A DNA stretch of 64,000 nucleotides from Arenicellales bacterium (lineage in GTDB: Bacteria; Pseudomonadota; Gammaproteobacteria; Arenicellales; JAJDZL01): assembly GCA_965214785.1 (NCBI GenBank), contig OZ243975.1, positions 56,430-120,429 of the forward strand. The letters are read 5' to 3'. Under the pieces are notes generated by a model, which was not told the origin of the DNA, did not search any database, and saw nothing but the letters and a program-made list of their open reading frames with translations. The translations under genes were made by a program, and so were the position numbers. Numbering within the stretch: position 1 is the first letter of the stretch; every line of letters starts with the position of its first letter. Of the stretch, positions 38,407 through 47,609 are shown one piece after another.

Positions 38407-41406
38407 ATGGTGATGCACAATTCCTTTCGCCATTCATTCGGCGGTGCAATTGATCGAAGCAGTACCATCCGTTTTACATTCGATGGGGTTTCCTACAACG
38501 CATACCAGGGAGATACTCTGGCCTCGGCGTTAATTGCCAATGGGGTCAAACTGGTAGGCAGAAGTTTTAAATACCACAGGCCACGCGGTATTTTCGGTAT
38601 CGGTGTTGAAGAACCAAGTGCAATGGTTCAGCTTCGATCCGGTGCCAGGTGGGAACCGAACTTGCGCGCCACCGAAATCGAGGTATTTGACGGCTTGGAA
38701 GCGGTTTCGCAAAACCGTTGGCCATCACTTCGTTTCGATGTCGGGTACCTGTCGAATCTGTTGTCTGCGTTTTTGCCGTCGGGGTTTTACTACAAAACTT
38801 TCATGTGGCCAAAAACGAAATGGGTGTTTTACGAAAAAATCATCCGTGCAGCAGCGGGTTTGGGTAAAGCGCCAACCGAGCATGATCCAGATTCATATTC
38901 CAAACTCTACCAGTATTGCGATCTTTTAATTGTCGGTGGCGGTCCTGCAGGCATTGCTGCTGCTTTGAGTGCAGGGGCAAGCGACGCGAAAGTCATCGTG
39001 CTTGATGAATCCTGGCCGTTAGGCGGGAGACTGAAATACGATGAAGAAAGTATCGACGGCAAAGCTGGTGATGAATGGCTTGCTGAATCTGTCAATACAC
39101 TTCAGTCAATGCCCAATGTTCAAATCTATACAAGAACGACAGCTTTTGGCTACTACGATCATAACCTGGTGGCTGCTCTTCAACGGGTTTCTGACCATTG
39201 CCTTGAGCCACAATTGTGGCAGGATCGGCAAAAAATCCACTGGATTCGAGCCAAGCAAATCATTTTAGCAACCGGTGCAATCGAACGATCAATTCCGTTT
39301 GACGGCAATGACAAACCCGGTGTGATGCTCGCTAGTGCGGCGCGCAGCTATGCTCGCAGATACGCGGCACGCTGTGGTAACAAAGCGGTGGTGTTTAGCA
39401 ACAACGACAGTGCTTATGAGACAGTTTCTGCGCTGAAAAACATGGGCGTAACAGTAGTTGCTGTGATCGATAGCCGCATTGCCACTCCAGGGAAGCGGGC
39501 AATGAAACACCTGGGCGATACCACATTGAAGCAAGGATTTACGGTTGTCAAGGTCAATGGGTTTTCTTCAATTAAATCCATCAGTGTTGCCCGGACTTTG
39601 GGCGAAAACGAAGTTCTCGGTTCAACCGAACAGATTGTGTGCGATTCATTGTGCATATCCGGTGGCTGGACACCGACAGTTCATCTTTTTTCCCATGCTC
39701 AGGGAAAGCTTGAGTTTTCCGATGCAATTGGCGCTTACGTGCCAGCCGAACAAATTGAGTCGATTCATGTGGTCGGTGCTGCCAATGGCGCATTCGGTCT
39801 GGGAGAATGCCTTGAACAAGGTGCTCAAAGCGCAAATAAAAGCCTCGGAAATATTGGAATTCCGTGCAATTCGCCTGCTGCACCTCCACAGACGCAAAGT
39901 CATGATGAAACTCCCATGCAACCGCTTTGGCGTGTGCCTGCTGTCGGTCGAAAACGATCCAAGAGATTTGTGGACATTCAAAATGATGTTACTGTTGAGG
40001 ATATTGAACTGGCACATTCCGAAGGGTATGTGTCTGTTGAGCACTTGAAACGCTACACAACCCTTGGAATGGGCACAGATCAGGGTCGAACAAGCAATAT
40101 CAATGGCTTGGCCAATCTCGCTGATTTGCGCAAGTTGGAAATACCCCAGGTTGGTCACACAACATTTCGCCCGCCATACACTCCTGTTGGGCTCGGTGCG
40201 CTTGCCAATTGCGAGTTCGGACATCACTTAAGTCCATTGCGCCGAACCGCATTGCACGACTGGCACGTTCAAAACCATGCAAAAATGCATAACACCGGAC
40301 TTTGGCAGCGTCCCTATTACTATCTCAGGTCAGGCGAGCGAATCATGGACGCGATTAATCGAGAATCAGTGCATGTCAGAGACAAGGTCGGAATCGCTGA
40401 TGTGTCTACACTCGGAAAGATCGACGTTCAAGGACGCGATGCCGCTGAGTTTCTCGAACGAGTCTACATTAACCGCTGGACTTCTTTGCCGGTTGGTCGT
40501 GTCCGATATGGTTTGATGCTGCGAGAGGATGGGTTCGTCTTCGATGATGGAACCACAACGAGAATTTCAGAAAATGAGTTCTACATGACGACGACCACCG
40601 CAAATGCCGGTCCAGTCATGGAGCATCTGGAATTCTACGCGCAAACGGTATGGCCGCATTTGCATGTGCACCTCACTTCGGTGACTGATCAGTGGGGTGG
40701 GATTGCACTGGCTGGACCAAACAGCCGCGATGTTTTATCGCTGCTAATTGGGCAAGACAAGGCCAGTAACGACAAATTGCCTTACATGAGTTTTGCTCAG
40801 GCTCAGATCGACGGAATTGATGTGCGAATTTTCAGGGTGAGTTTTTCCGGTGAACTTGGGTTTGAGATACATGTGCCATGGAAAAACACCGAAGAAATTT
40901 GGAAAACCATTCTTGCAGCAGGTCAAAAGTGGGACATCACACCTTATGGAATGGAAGCGCTGACGGTATTGCGTATCGAAAAAGGTCACGTGGTCAGCTC
41001 GGAACTTGATGGACGAACAACTGCCGCAGATCTGGGTTTCGCTGCAATGATGAAAAAAGACAAGGATTTCATCGGCAAGCGACTGGCTGAACGCTCAGCA
41101 CTTGTTGCCAATAACCGCAAGCAGCTTGTCGGTGTTCGCTCAACTAACGGGCGTCCCATCCCCAAAGGTGCGCAGATTGTCGAGGAAAGCCAGATTAGAT
41201 CGCATATGGATATGAAAGGACATGTCACATCGATTTGCCACAGTCCAAACCTGGACCAGGAGATTGGTTTGGCACTAATTGCGAATGGACGACAGATAGA
41301 AGGCAAAATTCTTTATGCAGCGTCTCCATTAAGTGATCGAATCGTACCGGTTGAAGTCATGCACCATATCTTTTTCGACCCTGCAGGAGAACGCACTCGT
41401 GGCTGA
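38407..41406 (+). CDS. soxA: Sarcosine oxidase subunit alpha
   Basis: 999 aa. Dinucleotide-binding LIVGGGPAGIAAAL and a C-terminal GcvT-like folate-binding domain (FRVSFSGELGFEIHVP). Confidence 0.93.
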   Translation: MVMHNSFRHSFGGAIDRSSTIRFTFDGVSYNAYQGDTLASALIANGVKLVGRSFKYHRPRGIFGIGVEEPSAMVQLRSGARWEPNLRATEIEVFDGLEAVSQNRWPSLRFDVGYLSNLLSAFLPSGFYYKTFMWPKTKWVFYEKIIRAAAGLGKAPTEHDPDSYSKLYQYCDLLIVGGGPAGIAAALSAGASDAKVIVLDESWPLGGRLKYDEESIDGKAGDEWLAESVNTLQSMPNVQIYTRTTAFGYYDHNLVAALQRVSDHCLEPQLWQDRQKIHWIRAKQIILATGAIERSIPFDGNDKPGVMLASAARSYARRYAARCGNKAVVFSNNDSAYETVSALKNMGVTVVAVIDSRIATPGKRAMKHLGDTTLKQGFTVVKVNGFSSIKSISVARTLGENEVLGSTEQIVCDSLCISGGWTPTVHLFSHAQGKLEFSDAIGAYVPAEQIESIHVVGAANGAFGLGECLEQGAQSANKSLGNIGIPCNSPAAPPQTQSHDETPMQPLWRVPAVGRKRSKRFVDIQNDVTVEDIELAHSEGYVSVEHLKRYTTLGMGTDQGRTSNINGLANLADLRKLEIPQVGHTTFRPPYTPVGLGALANCEFGHHLSPLRRTALHDWHVQNHAKMHNTGLWQRPYYYLRSGERIMDAINRESVHVRDKVGIADVSTLGKIDVQGRDAAEFLERVYINRWTSLPVGRVRYGLMLREDGFVFDDGTTTRISENEFYMTTTTANAGPVMEHLEFYAQTVWPHLHVHLTSVTDQWGGIALAGPNSRDVLSLLIGQDKASNDKLPYMSFAQAQIDGIDVRIFRVSFSGELGFEIHVPWKNTEEIWKTILAAGQKWDITPYGMEALTVLRIEKGHVVSSELDGRTTAADLGFAAMMKKDKDFIGKRLAERSALVANNRKQLVGVRSTNGRPIPKGAQIVEESQIRSHMDMKGHVTSICHSPNLDQEIGLALIANGRQIEGKILYAASPLSDRIVPVEVMHHIFFDPAGERTRG

Positions 41407-41920
41407 TGCAGTAACACTTCCCAGTGTCTTGCTAGCAGACCGACAGGTTGCCTGTTTGCTACAGATACACGGTTTGCCGGCAGACAAATGCTCGGCATTG
41501 ACGAAGGAATTCAAGCTGAAGAAATCCCCACTCGAACGCAAATCAACGAAAGGACACAATATTCAATTGCTGTCAAATGGTCCTGGAATGTGGTTTTTTG
41601 AATCGGATAAAGTAGCGCCAGCGAAGTTGCTCGATTCGGTCAGGTCAACTTTGGAACAAACTGATGCTACTGTAACGGATCTGAGTTCAGCAAGAGCGAT
41701 TGTTCGAGTCTCTGGAGTCTGTGCCAATACGTTGCTGAAAAAAGGCTGCCCTATCGATATCGATGCGATGCAAAACAACGATGTCGCTTCCACGTTGATC
41801 GCGCATTTCAGTGTGACAATACACGCCAAAAAGGATTATTTCGATGTGTATGTCATGCAAAGCTTTGCAGCTGATTTTTGGAATTGGTGTCGAATCAATG
41901 CGCGTGAGTTCAACTTCTAG
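41399..41920 (+). CDS. soxG: Sarcosine oxidase subunit gamma
   Basis: Operon position after soxA. SoxG-like blocks VTDLSSARAIVRVSG and YVMQSFAADFWNW. The start was placed at the GTG at 41399 (8-nt overlap with soxA). The track ORF starts at ATG 41333, inside soxA. Confidence 0.75.
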   Translation: MADAVTLPSVLLADRQVACLLQIHGLPADKCSALTKEFKLKKSPLERKSTKGHNIQLLSNGPGMWFFESDKVAPAKLLDSVRSTLEQTDATVTDLSSARAIVRVSGVCANTLLKKGCPIDIDAMQNNDVASTLIAHFSVTIHAKKDYFDVYVMQSFAADFWNWCRINAREFNF

Positions 41921-42003
41921 AAAAACTGCGTATTGGTTGTAGCGTTACCGTTCGAATTTATTTTGAAACTGATCATTACCGACTACTTTATCGGCCGCGT
42001 CTT

Positions 42004-42771
42004 TTGAAAATTGAAGCCGTAACTTTTGATCTTTGGGACACTGTGATTCACGATGATTCTGATGAGCCGATTCGCGCGCAAAGACGAATGCGCACGAAAC
42101 TTCAGGAGAGAATATTTCTTATTTGGCAAGCTGCGGACAGCGAATATGACGTATCGCTTCAATCCGTTGAGCGGGCTTACACTGCAGTGGACAGTCAATT
42201 CAAACGGGTGTGGCACGATCAGTTCGTCACCTGGACAGTCAATGAGCGAGTTCAAAGAATCTTTAGTGAATTAGACCTTTGTTTATCGGATCGCAAAATC
42301 GAAAATCTGATCGATGCACTTGAATACATGGAAATCGCAGTGCCGCCCAAACCAATCGACGGTATACAAAAGGCGCTCGAAACGCTCGCAGCTCAGTATC
42401 CGTTGGCCATAGTTTCAGATGCGATTTTCACTCCGGGCAAGTATCTGAAGAAGTGGCTGGAACTCCACGACATGCTGCAGTATTTCAGTGGATTTGCGTT
42501 TTCCGACGAGGTGGGTCATTCCAAACCGCATCCGGATATTTTCAATAGTGCAGCTGAACAACTTGGAGCGAACTTGAAAAACTCGGTGCATATCGGAGAC
42601 CGGGAACACAACGATATCGAAGGGGCGCATGCAATGGGAATGAAAGCTGTACTGTTTTACGGTACACGCGATGCAGATGTTGCAAACACAACCGCGGATG
42701 CCAAATTCAACTGCTACACTCAGTTGCCAGATATACTCAACAGTTTGGTTGACAATTCAAGGTCGAAGTAA
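42004..42771 (+). CDS. HAD-superfamily hydrolase
   Basis: 255 aa with a TTG start. HAD motif I FDLWDTV and motif IV GDREHNDIEGA. Confidence 0.75.
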   Translation: MKIEAVTFDLWDTVIHDDSDEPIRAQRRMRTKLQERIFLIWQAADSEYDVSLQSVERAYTAVDSQFKRVWHDQFVTWTVNERVQRIFSELDLCLSDRKIENLIDALEYMEIAVPPKPIDGIQKALETLAAQYPLAIVSDAIFTPGKYLKKWLELHDMLQYFSGFAFSDEVGHSKPHPDIFNSAAEQLGANLKNSVHIGDREHNDIEGAHAMGMKAVLFYGTRDADVANTTADAKFNCYTQLPDILNSLVDNSRSK

Positions 42772-42787
42772 ACAGACGGAACAATTA

Positions 42788-43651
42788 ATGATTCGCGAAT
42801 CACTGACATTTCTTGTTATCGACGGCTATAAGCAGTCGTCTCGGGAATTAATGAGCTCGAATGGCTTAATTGCCGCAAGCGAGCTATACAAGCGCACGCT
42901 GCATAGCATCGCGCCGAATGCTGAAATCGATATTGTGACTCCCGCAGATCTGCACGCTACGTGGCCGGTTGGGGCTAAACTGGACAAATACCATGGGGTC
43001 ACAATGACAGGTTCTGACTTATCTGTACTTGATGCTCAAGACCCGTCAATACGTTCACAAATTGAGCTTCAGCGCGAGGTGTTCAAGCGTGGAATTCCAA
43101 GTTTTGGAAGCTGCTGGGCCGCACAGGTCGGTACAGTAGCAGCCGGCGGTGAGGTTCGGGTCAATCCAAAGGGGCGGGAAATGGGTTTCGCGCGTAAGGT
43201 GAAATTGACTGATCAGGGTCTGAATCATCCGATGTATGAGGGTAAAAACCCGGTGTTCGATACATTTGCGAGCCACGAAGATGAAATTAGTGTTCCACCG
43301 CCGAATGCTCAAATTTTATCTGGCAATGCGGTCAGTGAAGTTCAGGCACTGGAAATTACCCATGACAAAGGAACGATGTGGACGGTGCAATACCATCCGG
43401 AATTCGACGCGAAATATATGGCTGACCTGATACGATGCCGTCAGTCTCGGTTGATTGCAATGGGGTTTTTCGCTGATGAAGATGAAGTCGCCAAATATGC
43501 CGACCGACTCGACGCAGTACATGAAAACCCTCAAAGCAAGCATGATGCATGGCAATTGGGCATTGATTCTGATATTTTGGATGCCAATTTCCGACAGCTA
43601 GAGATTCGAAACTGGATCCAACATCTGGTCTTGCCGGAGAAAAACCGCTAG
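42788..43651 (+). CDS. Class I glutamine amidotransferase-like protein
   Basis: 287 aa from the ATG at 42788. Nucleophile elbow FGSCWAAQ and a His/Glu block VQYHPEF. Confidence 0.75.
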   Translation: MIRESLTFLVIDGYKQSSRELMSSNGLIAASELYKRTLHSIAPNAEIDIVTPADLHATWPVGAKLDKYHGVTMTGSDLSVLDAQDPSIRSQIELQREVFKRGIPSFGSCWAAQVGTVAAGGEVRVNPKGREMGFARKVKLTDQGLNHPMYEGKNPVFDTFASHEDEISVPPPNAQILSGNAVSEVQALEITHDKGTMWTVQYHPEFDAKYMADLIRCRQSRLIAMGFFADEDEVAKYADRLDAVHENPQSKHDAWQLGIDSDILDANFRQLEIRNWIQHLVLPEKNR

Positions 43652-43962
43652 ACCAATTTTACGAGGCTTATGCCTGTGCCTGAACCTCGGAAATAATCCC
43701 CCCAACACGTGTCAAAATGAGCAAGAGTTGAAGACTTGCCAGCACCTGGAGCACCATAAATCAAACGGGTAGGTGCCAGCCTTTGAAATCCTCTGTTTTT
43801 GTGCAGTTGCCAGATGGCCGTACATGTGGACTCAATATCTTTGAGGATGTCTTTTCGTCCTGCAAAATACGGTGGCGGCGTGCGATCTCGATGCGTCTGG
43901 ACGTAGACTTCAAGACCTTCAAGTCCTGCAGGAGTTTTGAACAAGTTGGAAACCGAAGCCAT
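43648..43962 (-). pseudogene. Truncated N-terminal fragment of a P-loop NTPase (AAA_16/ORC-like style)
   Basis: 104 aa. The peptide ..YFAGRKDILKDIE..RLIYGAPGAGKSSTL stops about 25 residues after Walker A, with no Walker B or downstream domains. The ORF end overlaps the convergent GATase stop codon. Confidence 0.5.
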
Positions 43963-44200
43963 GAAATTTCCAAGAATAATTCTTTAAACGGTTCTTGGAA
44001 TAATAGCCCCGGGGTGACTGGAATGCAAAAAATCGGGGAAGATAATCAGAACCACTTACGCGTCAAAATTGAAAATAATCTTTCTTCACACAGAATCAGA
44101 TGTTATTCGATTTGTTTTCCCTCACCTTTTACCATCCTCATCCGCACTGAACGTCATAACAGTTTTAAAAGTTAATCCAGTTGACCAATTGGCGATTGTT

Positions 44201-45577
44201 TTACTGACTGACAATCCCGTATGTTTCATCCAGCGTATCAGATATGATTTTGACCATGTCGTCAATCTCAGAGTGCGAAATGATAAGCGGAGGTGAAAGT
44301 ACCATCGTGTCCCCTACCGCTCGCATTACCAGTCCTCGGCGGATGCTGATTTCCCTGCACTGAATTCCAACTTTCATTGACTCGGCATACCGTTTTTTGG
44401 ATGTTTTGTCTTTAACAAGCTCAATTCCGGCAATCAAGCCGACCCCGCGAATTTCTCCGACTAACGGATGGTCCTGTAATTGCCTGAGTCGGTGCTGAAA
44501 ATACGGTCCAATTGTCTGGTCGACAGTTTCGATGATCTTTTCGCGGCGCAAGATCCGTATGTTTTCTGTCGCCACCGCACAACATACAGGATGTCCGGAA
44601 TAGGTGAATCCGTGGACAAACTCACCGCCTTGTTCAATGAGCACCGAAGCGATCGTATCGGAGACAATCACCCCGGCAATGGGCAAATAGCCAGAAGACA
44701 ATCCTTTAGCGACAATTACGAAATCAGGATCAAGATTGAAATAATCACTGCCAAACCACTTTCCGGTGCGCCCAAACCCACAGATTACTTCATCTGCGAT
44801 CAGCGGAATCTCATACTCTTTGCATATACGTGAAATTTCAGGCCAGTAGGTTGCCGGTGGAACGATTACACCGCCTGCCCCTTGTATGGGTTCTGCAATA
44901 AATGCCGCAACCCGATCAACACCAACAGTGTTGATTCTCGCCTCGAGTGCTTGTGCCACTTCAATTCCGAATTGATCGGGGCTGCGCTCTCCACCATCGC
45001 GATACCAGTAAGGTTGGCGAACATGTTCAATATTCGGTATGGGCAATCCTCCTTGGGAATGCATTTCCGGCATTCCTGTTAGGCTGCCTGCGCCCATCGT
45101 ACTGCCGTGATAGGCGTTTTCGCGGCTGATGATGATGTTTTTCTCCGGTTTGTCCAAAATTTCCCAATATCTTCGAACCATTCGAATGACCGTATCGTTT
45201 GCTTCAGAGCCCGAATTTGTCAGAAATACGTGATTGAATTTATTTGCAGTCACCTCGGACAGCAATTGTGTCAGTTCAACCGCAGGGGGATGAGAAGTGA
45301 GAAAAAATGTGTTGTAGTATGGCAGTCGACGCAACTGGTCTGCAGCGGCATCAACCAGTTCGCTTCGGCCATAGCCGATATTCACACACCAAAGCCCGGC
45401 CATGCCGTCGATAATCAGGTTGCCGGCACAATCGCGGATGTAAATACCCGAACCTTCTGTAATGATTCGAGTGCCGACTTTTTGAATATGCTTTGAATCA
45501 GTAAAAGGATGCAGGTGGTGTTCGCTATCGATTTTTTGAAGTTGTTGTGTATCGAATTTCGCGAGTCGATCAGCCAT
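44201..45577 (-). CDS. Class III (omega-type) PLP aminotransferase, amine:pyruvate family
   Basis: 458 aa. Motifs HLHPFTD and GLWCVNIGYGR, with the PLP-lysine block DFVIVAKGLSSGY. Confidence 0.85.
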   Translation of the reverse strand: MADRLAKFDTQQLQKIDSEHHLHPFTDSKHIQKVGTRIITEGSGIYIRDCAGNLIIDGMAGLWCVNIGYGRSELVDAAADQLRRLPYYNTFFLTSHPPAVELTQLLSEVTANKFNHVFLTNSGSEANDTVIRMVRRYWEILDKPEKNIIISRENAYHGSTMGAGSLTGMPEMHSQGGLPIPNIEHVRQPYWYRDGGERSPDQFGIEVAQALEARINTVGVDRVAAFIAEPIQGAGGVIVPPATYWPEISRICKEYEIPLIADEVICGFGRTGKWFGSDYFNLDPDFVIVAKGLSSGYLPIAGVIVSDTIASVLIEQGGEFVHGFTYSGHPVCCAVATENIRILRREKIIETVDQTIGPYFQHRLRQLQDHPLVGEIRGVGLIAGIELVKDKTSKKRYAESMKVGIQCREISIRRGLVMRAVGDTMVLSPPLIISHSEIDDMVKIISDTLDETYGIVSQ

Positions 45578-45680
45578 TTAAAAATCTCTCAGTGCAATGG
45601 TAATAGCGCGGCGCTTCGGTTGGTTAAGCCTGTGTTTTTCAGACAGTCAAACCGTTAAGATTCAGTGACAAGCGATTATT

Positions 45681-46310
45681 TTAAATTCTCGGGTCGTCAA
45701 TAATCTTGATTTCCTGTTTGTAAGGAGTGAATCCGGCAATCTGATAGATCGCCATCGCATTTGGTGCGTCAAAATTACATGTATGCACCCAAACGCGGTC
45801 GGGCTCGTCGGCCCAGGCTGATTCGACGAGATGGCGCAGAAAATACTTTCCAAGGCCGCGTCCGAAGTACTGCGGCATCAATCCAAAGTATGCAAGCTGA
45901 ATTTGTTTTTTTACCCGGCAGTCGAGTTCGCCAAATCCGGCTGGAGTGCCATTGATATACAAAACATAAATCTTCACTTTTGGATGCTGAATGATTTTCT
46001 CAAGTTGTTTGTCGGAAAGCAGATTTCGTTCATACCACAGCCACCGCTTTCCAACCGAGTTGTACAAGTAGCGGTAGAAACCTGCATCCGGATCATGGGA
46101 GCGGATAACTGACAAATTTTCACTTCTCGAAGGTGCGCGAGCGTAGTGCTTGGATTGTGTCATTTCCAGATAGGTGATAATCATACGCAATTTGCCAGGT
46201 GGCAACTGAGTATCCGCCTGCTCAGAGAATTCATCGGATTTGTGAATCAGAGTAACGGGATTTTCTGGTGGTCGATCGCGGGTCATCGGTTGTCGTTTAG
46301 TCTCAGTCAA
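45681..46310 (-). CDS. GNAT-family N-acetyltransferase
   Basis: Acetyl-CoA binding motif QYFGRGLGKYFL. The true start may be an internal Met (MIITYLEM..). Confidence 0.7.
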   Translation of the reverse strand: MTETKRQPMTRDRPPENPVTLIHKSDEFSEQADTQLPPGKLRMIITYLEMTQSKHYARAPSRSENLSVIRSHDPDAGFYRYLYNSVGKRWLWYERNLLSDKQLEKIIQHPKVKIYVLYINGTPAGFGELDCRVKKQIQLAYFGLMPQYFGRGLGKYFLRHLVESAWADEPDRVWVHTCNFDAPNAMAIYQIAGFTPYKQEIKIIDDPRI

Positions 46311-46540
46311 TTAGTTTCGCCAAGCCAGCTGTTCAAAGATTGCTCTGCCTTCAATTGCCGATTGTTGCAAGAAGCTCAATTCAATGAATTGTCCGAATCA
46401 ATAGACTCATAACCGGTTGCTTATCGGATAGTATATTGCCAACGTGAGTTTGCCCAAGCCCAATCGCGATATGCTATTGAATGATGCCAGTTCATCGCGT
46501 CTATAATCGCTGTGGGTCAAGAAAATGAAAGTCTAAGCAA

Positions 46541-46987
46541 ATGGATATTACCGGCAACAAAATTTTAAATGCTACGGTCGAACAGGTTTGGTTGGCACTG
46601 CATGATATCGAGATTTTACAGAAGTCGATATCCGGTTGTGAATCGATGCAATGGGATTCGGAAAACGAAATATCAGCGAAACTGAAGGTTAAAATCGGTC
46701 CGGTAAAAGCAAATTTCAAAATGAATCTGACAATTAAAGATCCGATGGTAAATTCAGGCTATACATTGGTTTGCAGTGCCGACTCAGGTGTTATGGGTAA
46801 TGCCTCTGGACAGGCAAAAGTTACGCTCTGTGAAGTAGAACAAGGCTGCGAGCTCAGTTATGTTGCACAAGTCAGTATGCGTGGCAAGATTGCACAAATC
46901 GGGGCAAGGATGATGCAGCCGGCAGCAAAAAAAATGACCAATGATTTTTTTACTGCGTTTGCCAACAATTTGCCGACACAAAATTAA
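46541..46987 (+). CDS. coxG: CoxG-like SRPBCC protein (CO dehydrogenase subunit G family)
   Basis: 148 aa. The N-terminus (ILNATVEQVWLALHDIEILQKSISGCES..KIGPVKANF) is typical of CoxG. It lies directly upstream of coxSLM. Confidence 0.8.
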   Translation: MDITGNKILNATVEQVWLALHDIEILQKSISGCESMQWDSENEISAKLKVKIGPVKANFKMNLTIKDPMVNSGYTLVCSADSGVMGNASGQAKVTLCEVEQGCELSYVAQVSMRGKIAQIGARMMQPAAKKMTNDFFTAFANNLPTQN

Positions 46988-47134
46988 ACGGTTTATCAGA
47001 TTCAGCAAAAAAATCTTAAATGCAAAAAACAAGGGTAATAAACTATGGGGAAAATCATCTGAACACATCGTTTACGGTGTAAGTTCAGTTCAATCCACTG
47101 TGGAATTTACATCAGATAAAAAAAGGAGTATTTT

Positions 47135-47608
47135 ATGAGTGTATCCGTAACAATGAAGGTCAACGGCGAACAGATTTCGGCTGATGTCGAAGCCAGAACG
47201 CTGCTGGTTGATTTTTTGCGTGTTGACAGAAGGTTGACAGGAACACACGTAGGTTGTGACACAAGTCAATGTGGTGCCTGTGTGGTTCATGTGAATGGAA
47301 AATCTGTTAAGAGCTGTACCATGCTTGCGGCGCAGGCGAACGGAACAGATGTCACCACAATCGAGGGTGTCGCCCAAAACGGCAGCTTGCATCCGATGCA
47401 GGAAGCGTTTCGGGAAAATCATGGACTGCAATGCGGGTTTTGCACCCCTGGAGTCATCATGAGTGCCCTTGATCTGATTAACAACAATGCTGACCCTTCC
47501 GAACAGGAAATTCGACATTGGTTGGAAGGCAATCTATGTCGCTGTACGGGTTATCACAATATCGTGAAATCCATTCAAGCCGGCGCAAAAGCTATGAGGG
47601 GCGATTAA
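47135..47608 (+). CDS. coxS: (2Fe-2S)-binding small subunit of a xanthine-dehydrogenase/CODH-family molybdoenzyme
   Basis: 157 aa with two cluster motifs, [15 protein letters not shown] and [10 protein letters not shown]...CRCTGY. AAGGAG RBS. Confidence 0.92.
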   Translation: MSVSVTMKVNGEQISADVEARTLLVDFLRVDRRLTGTHVGCDTSQCGACVVHVNGKSVKSCTMLAAQANGTDVTTIEGVAQNGSLHPMQEAFRENHGLQCGFCTPGVIMSALDLINNNADPSEQEIRHWLEGNLCRCTGYHNIVKSIQAGAKAMRGD

Positions 47609-47609
47609 G

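Noticed and set aside
44201-46310. GNAT followed by a class III aminotransferase as an ectA-ectB (ectoine) pair
   Set aside because: The aminotransferase has amine:pyruvate-type motifs (HLHPFTD, GLWCVNIGYGR) rather than an EctB-like N-terminus. No ectC follows it. The GNAT does not look EctA-like.
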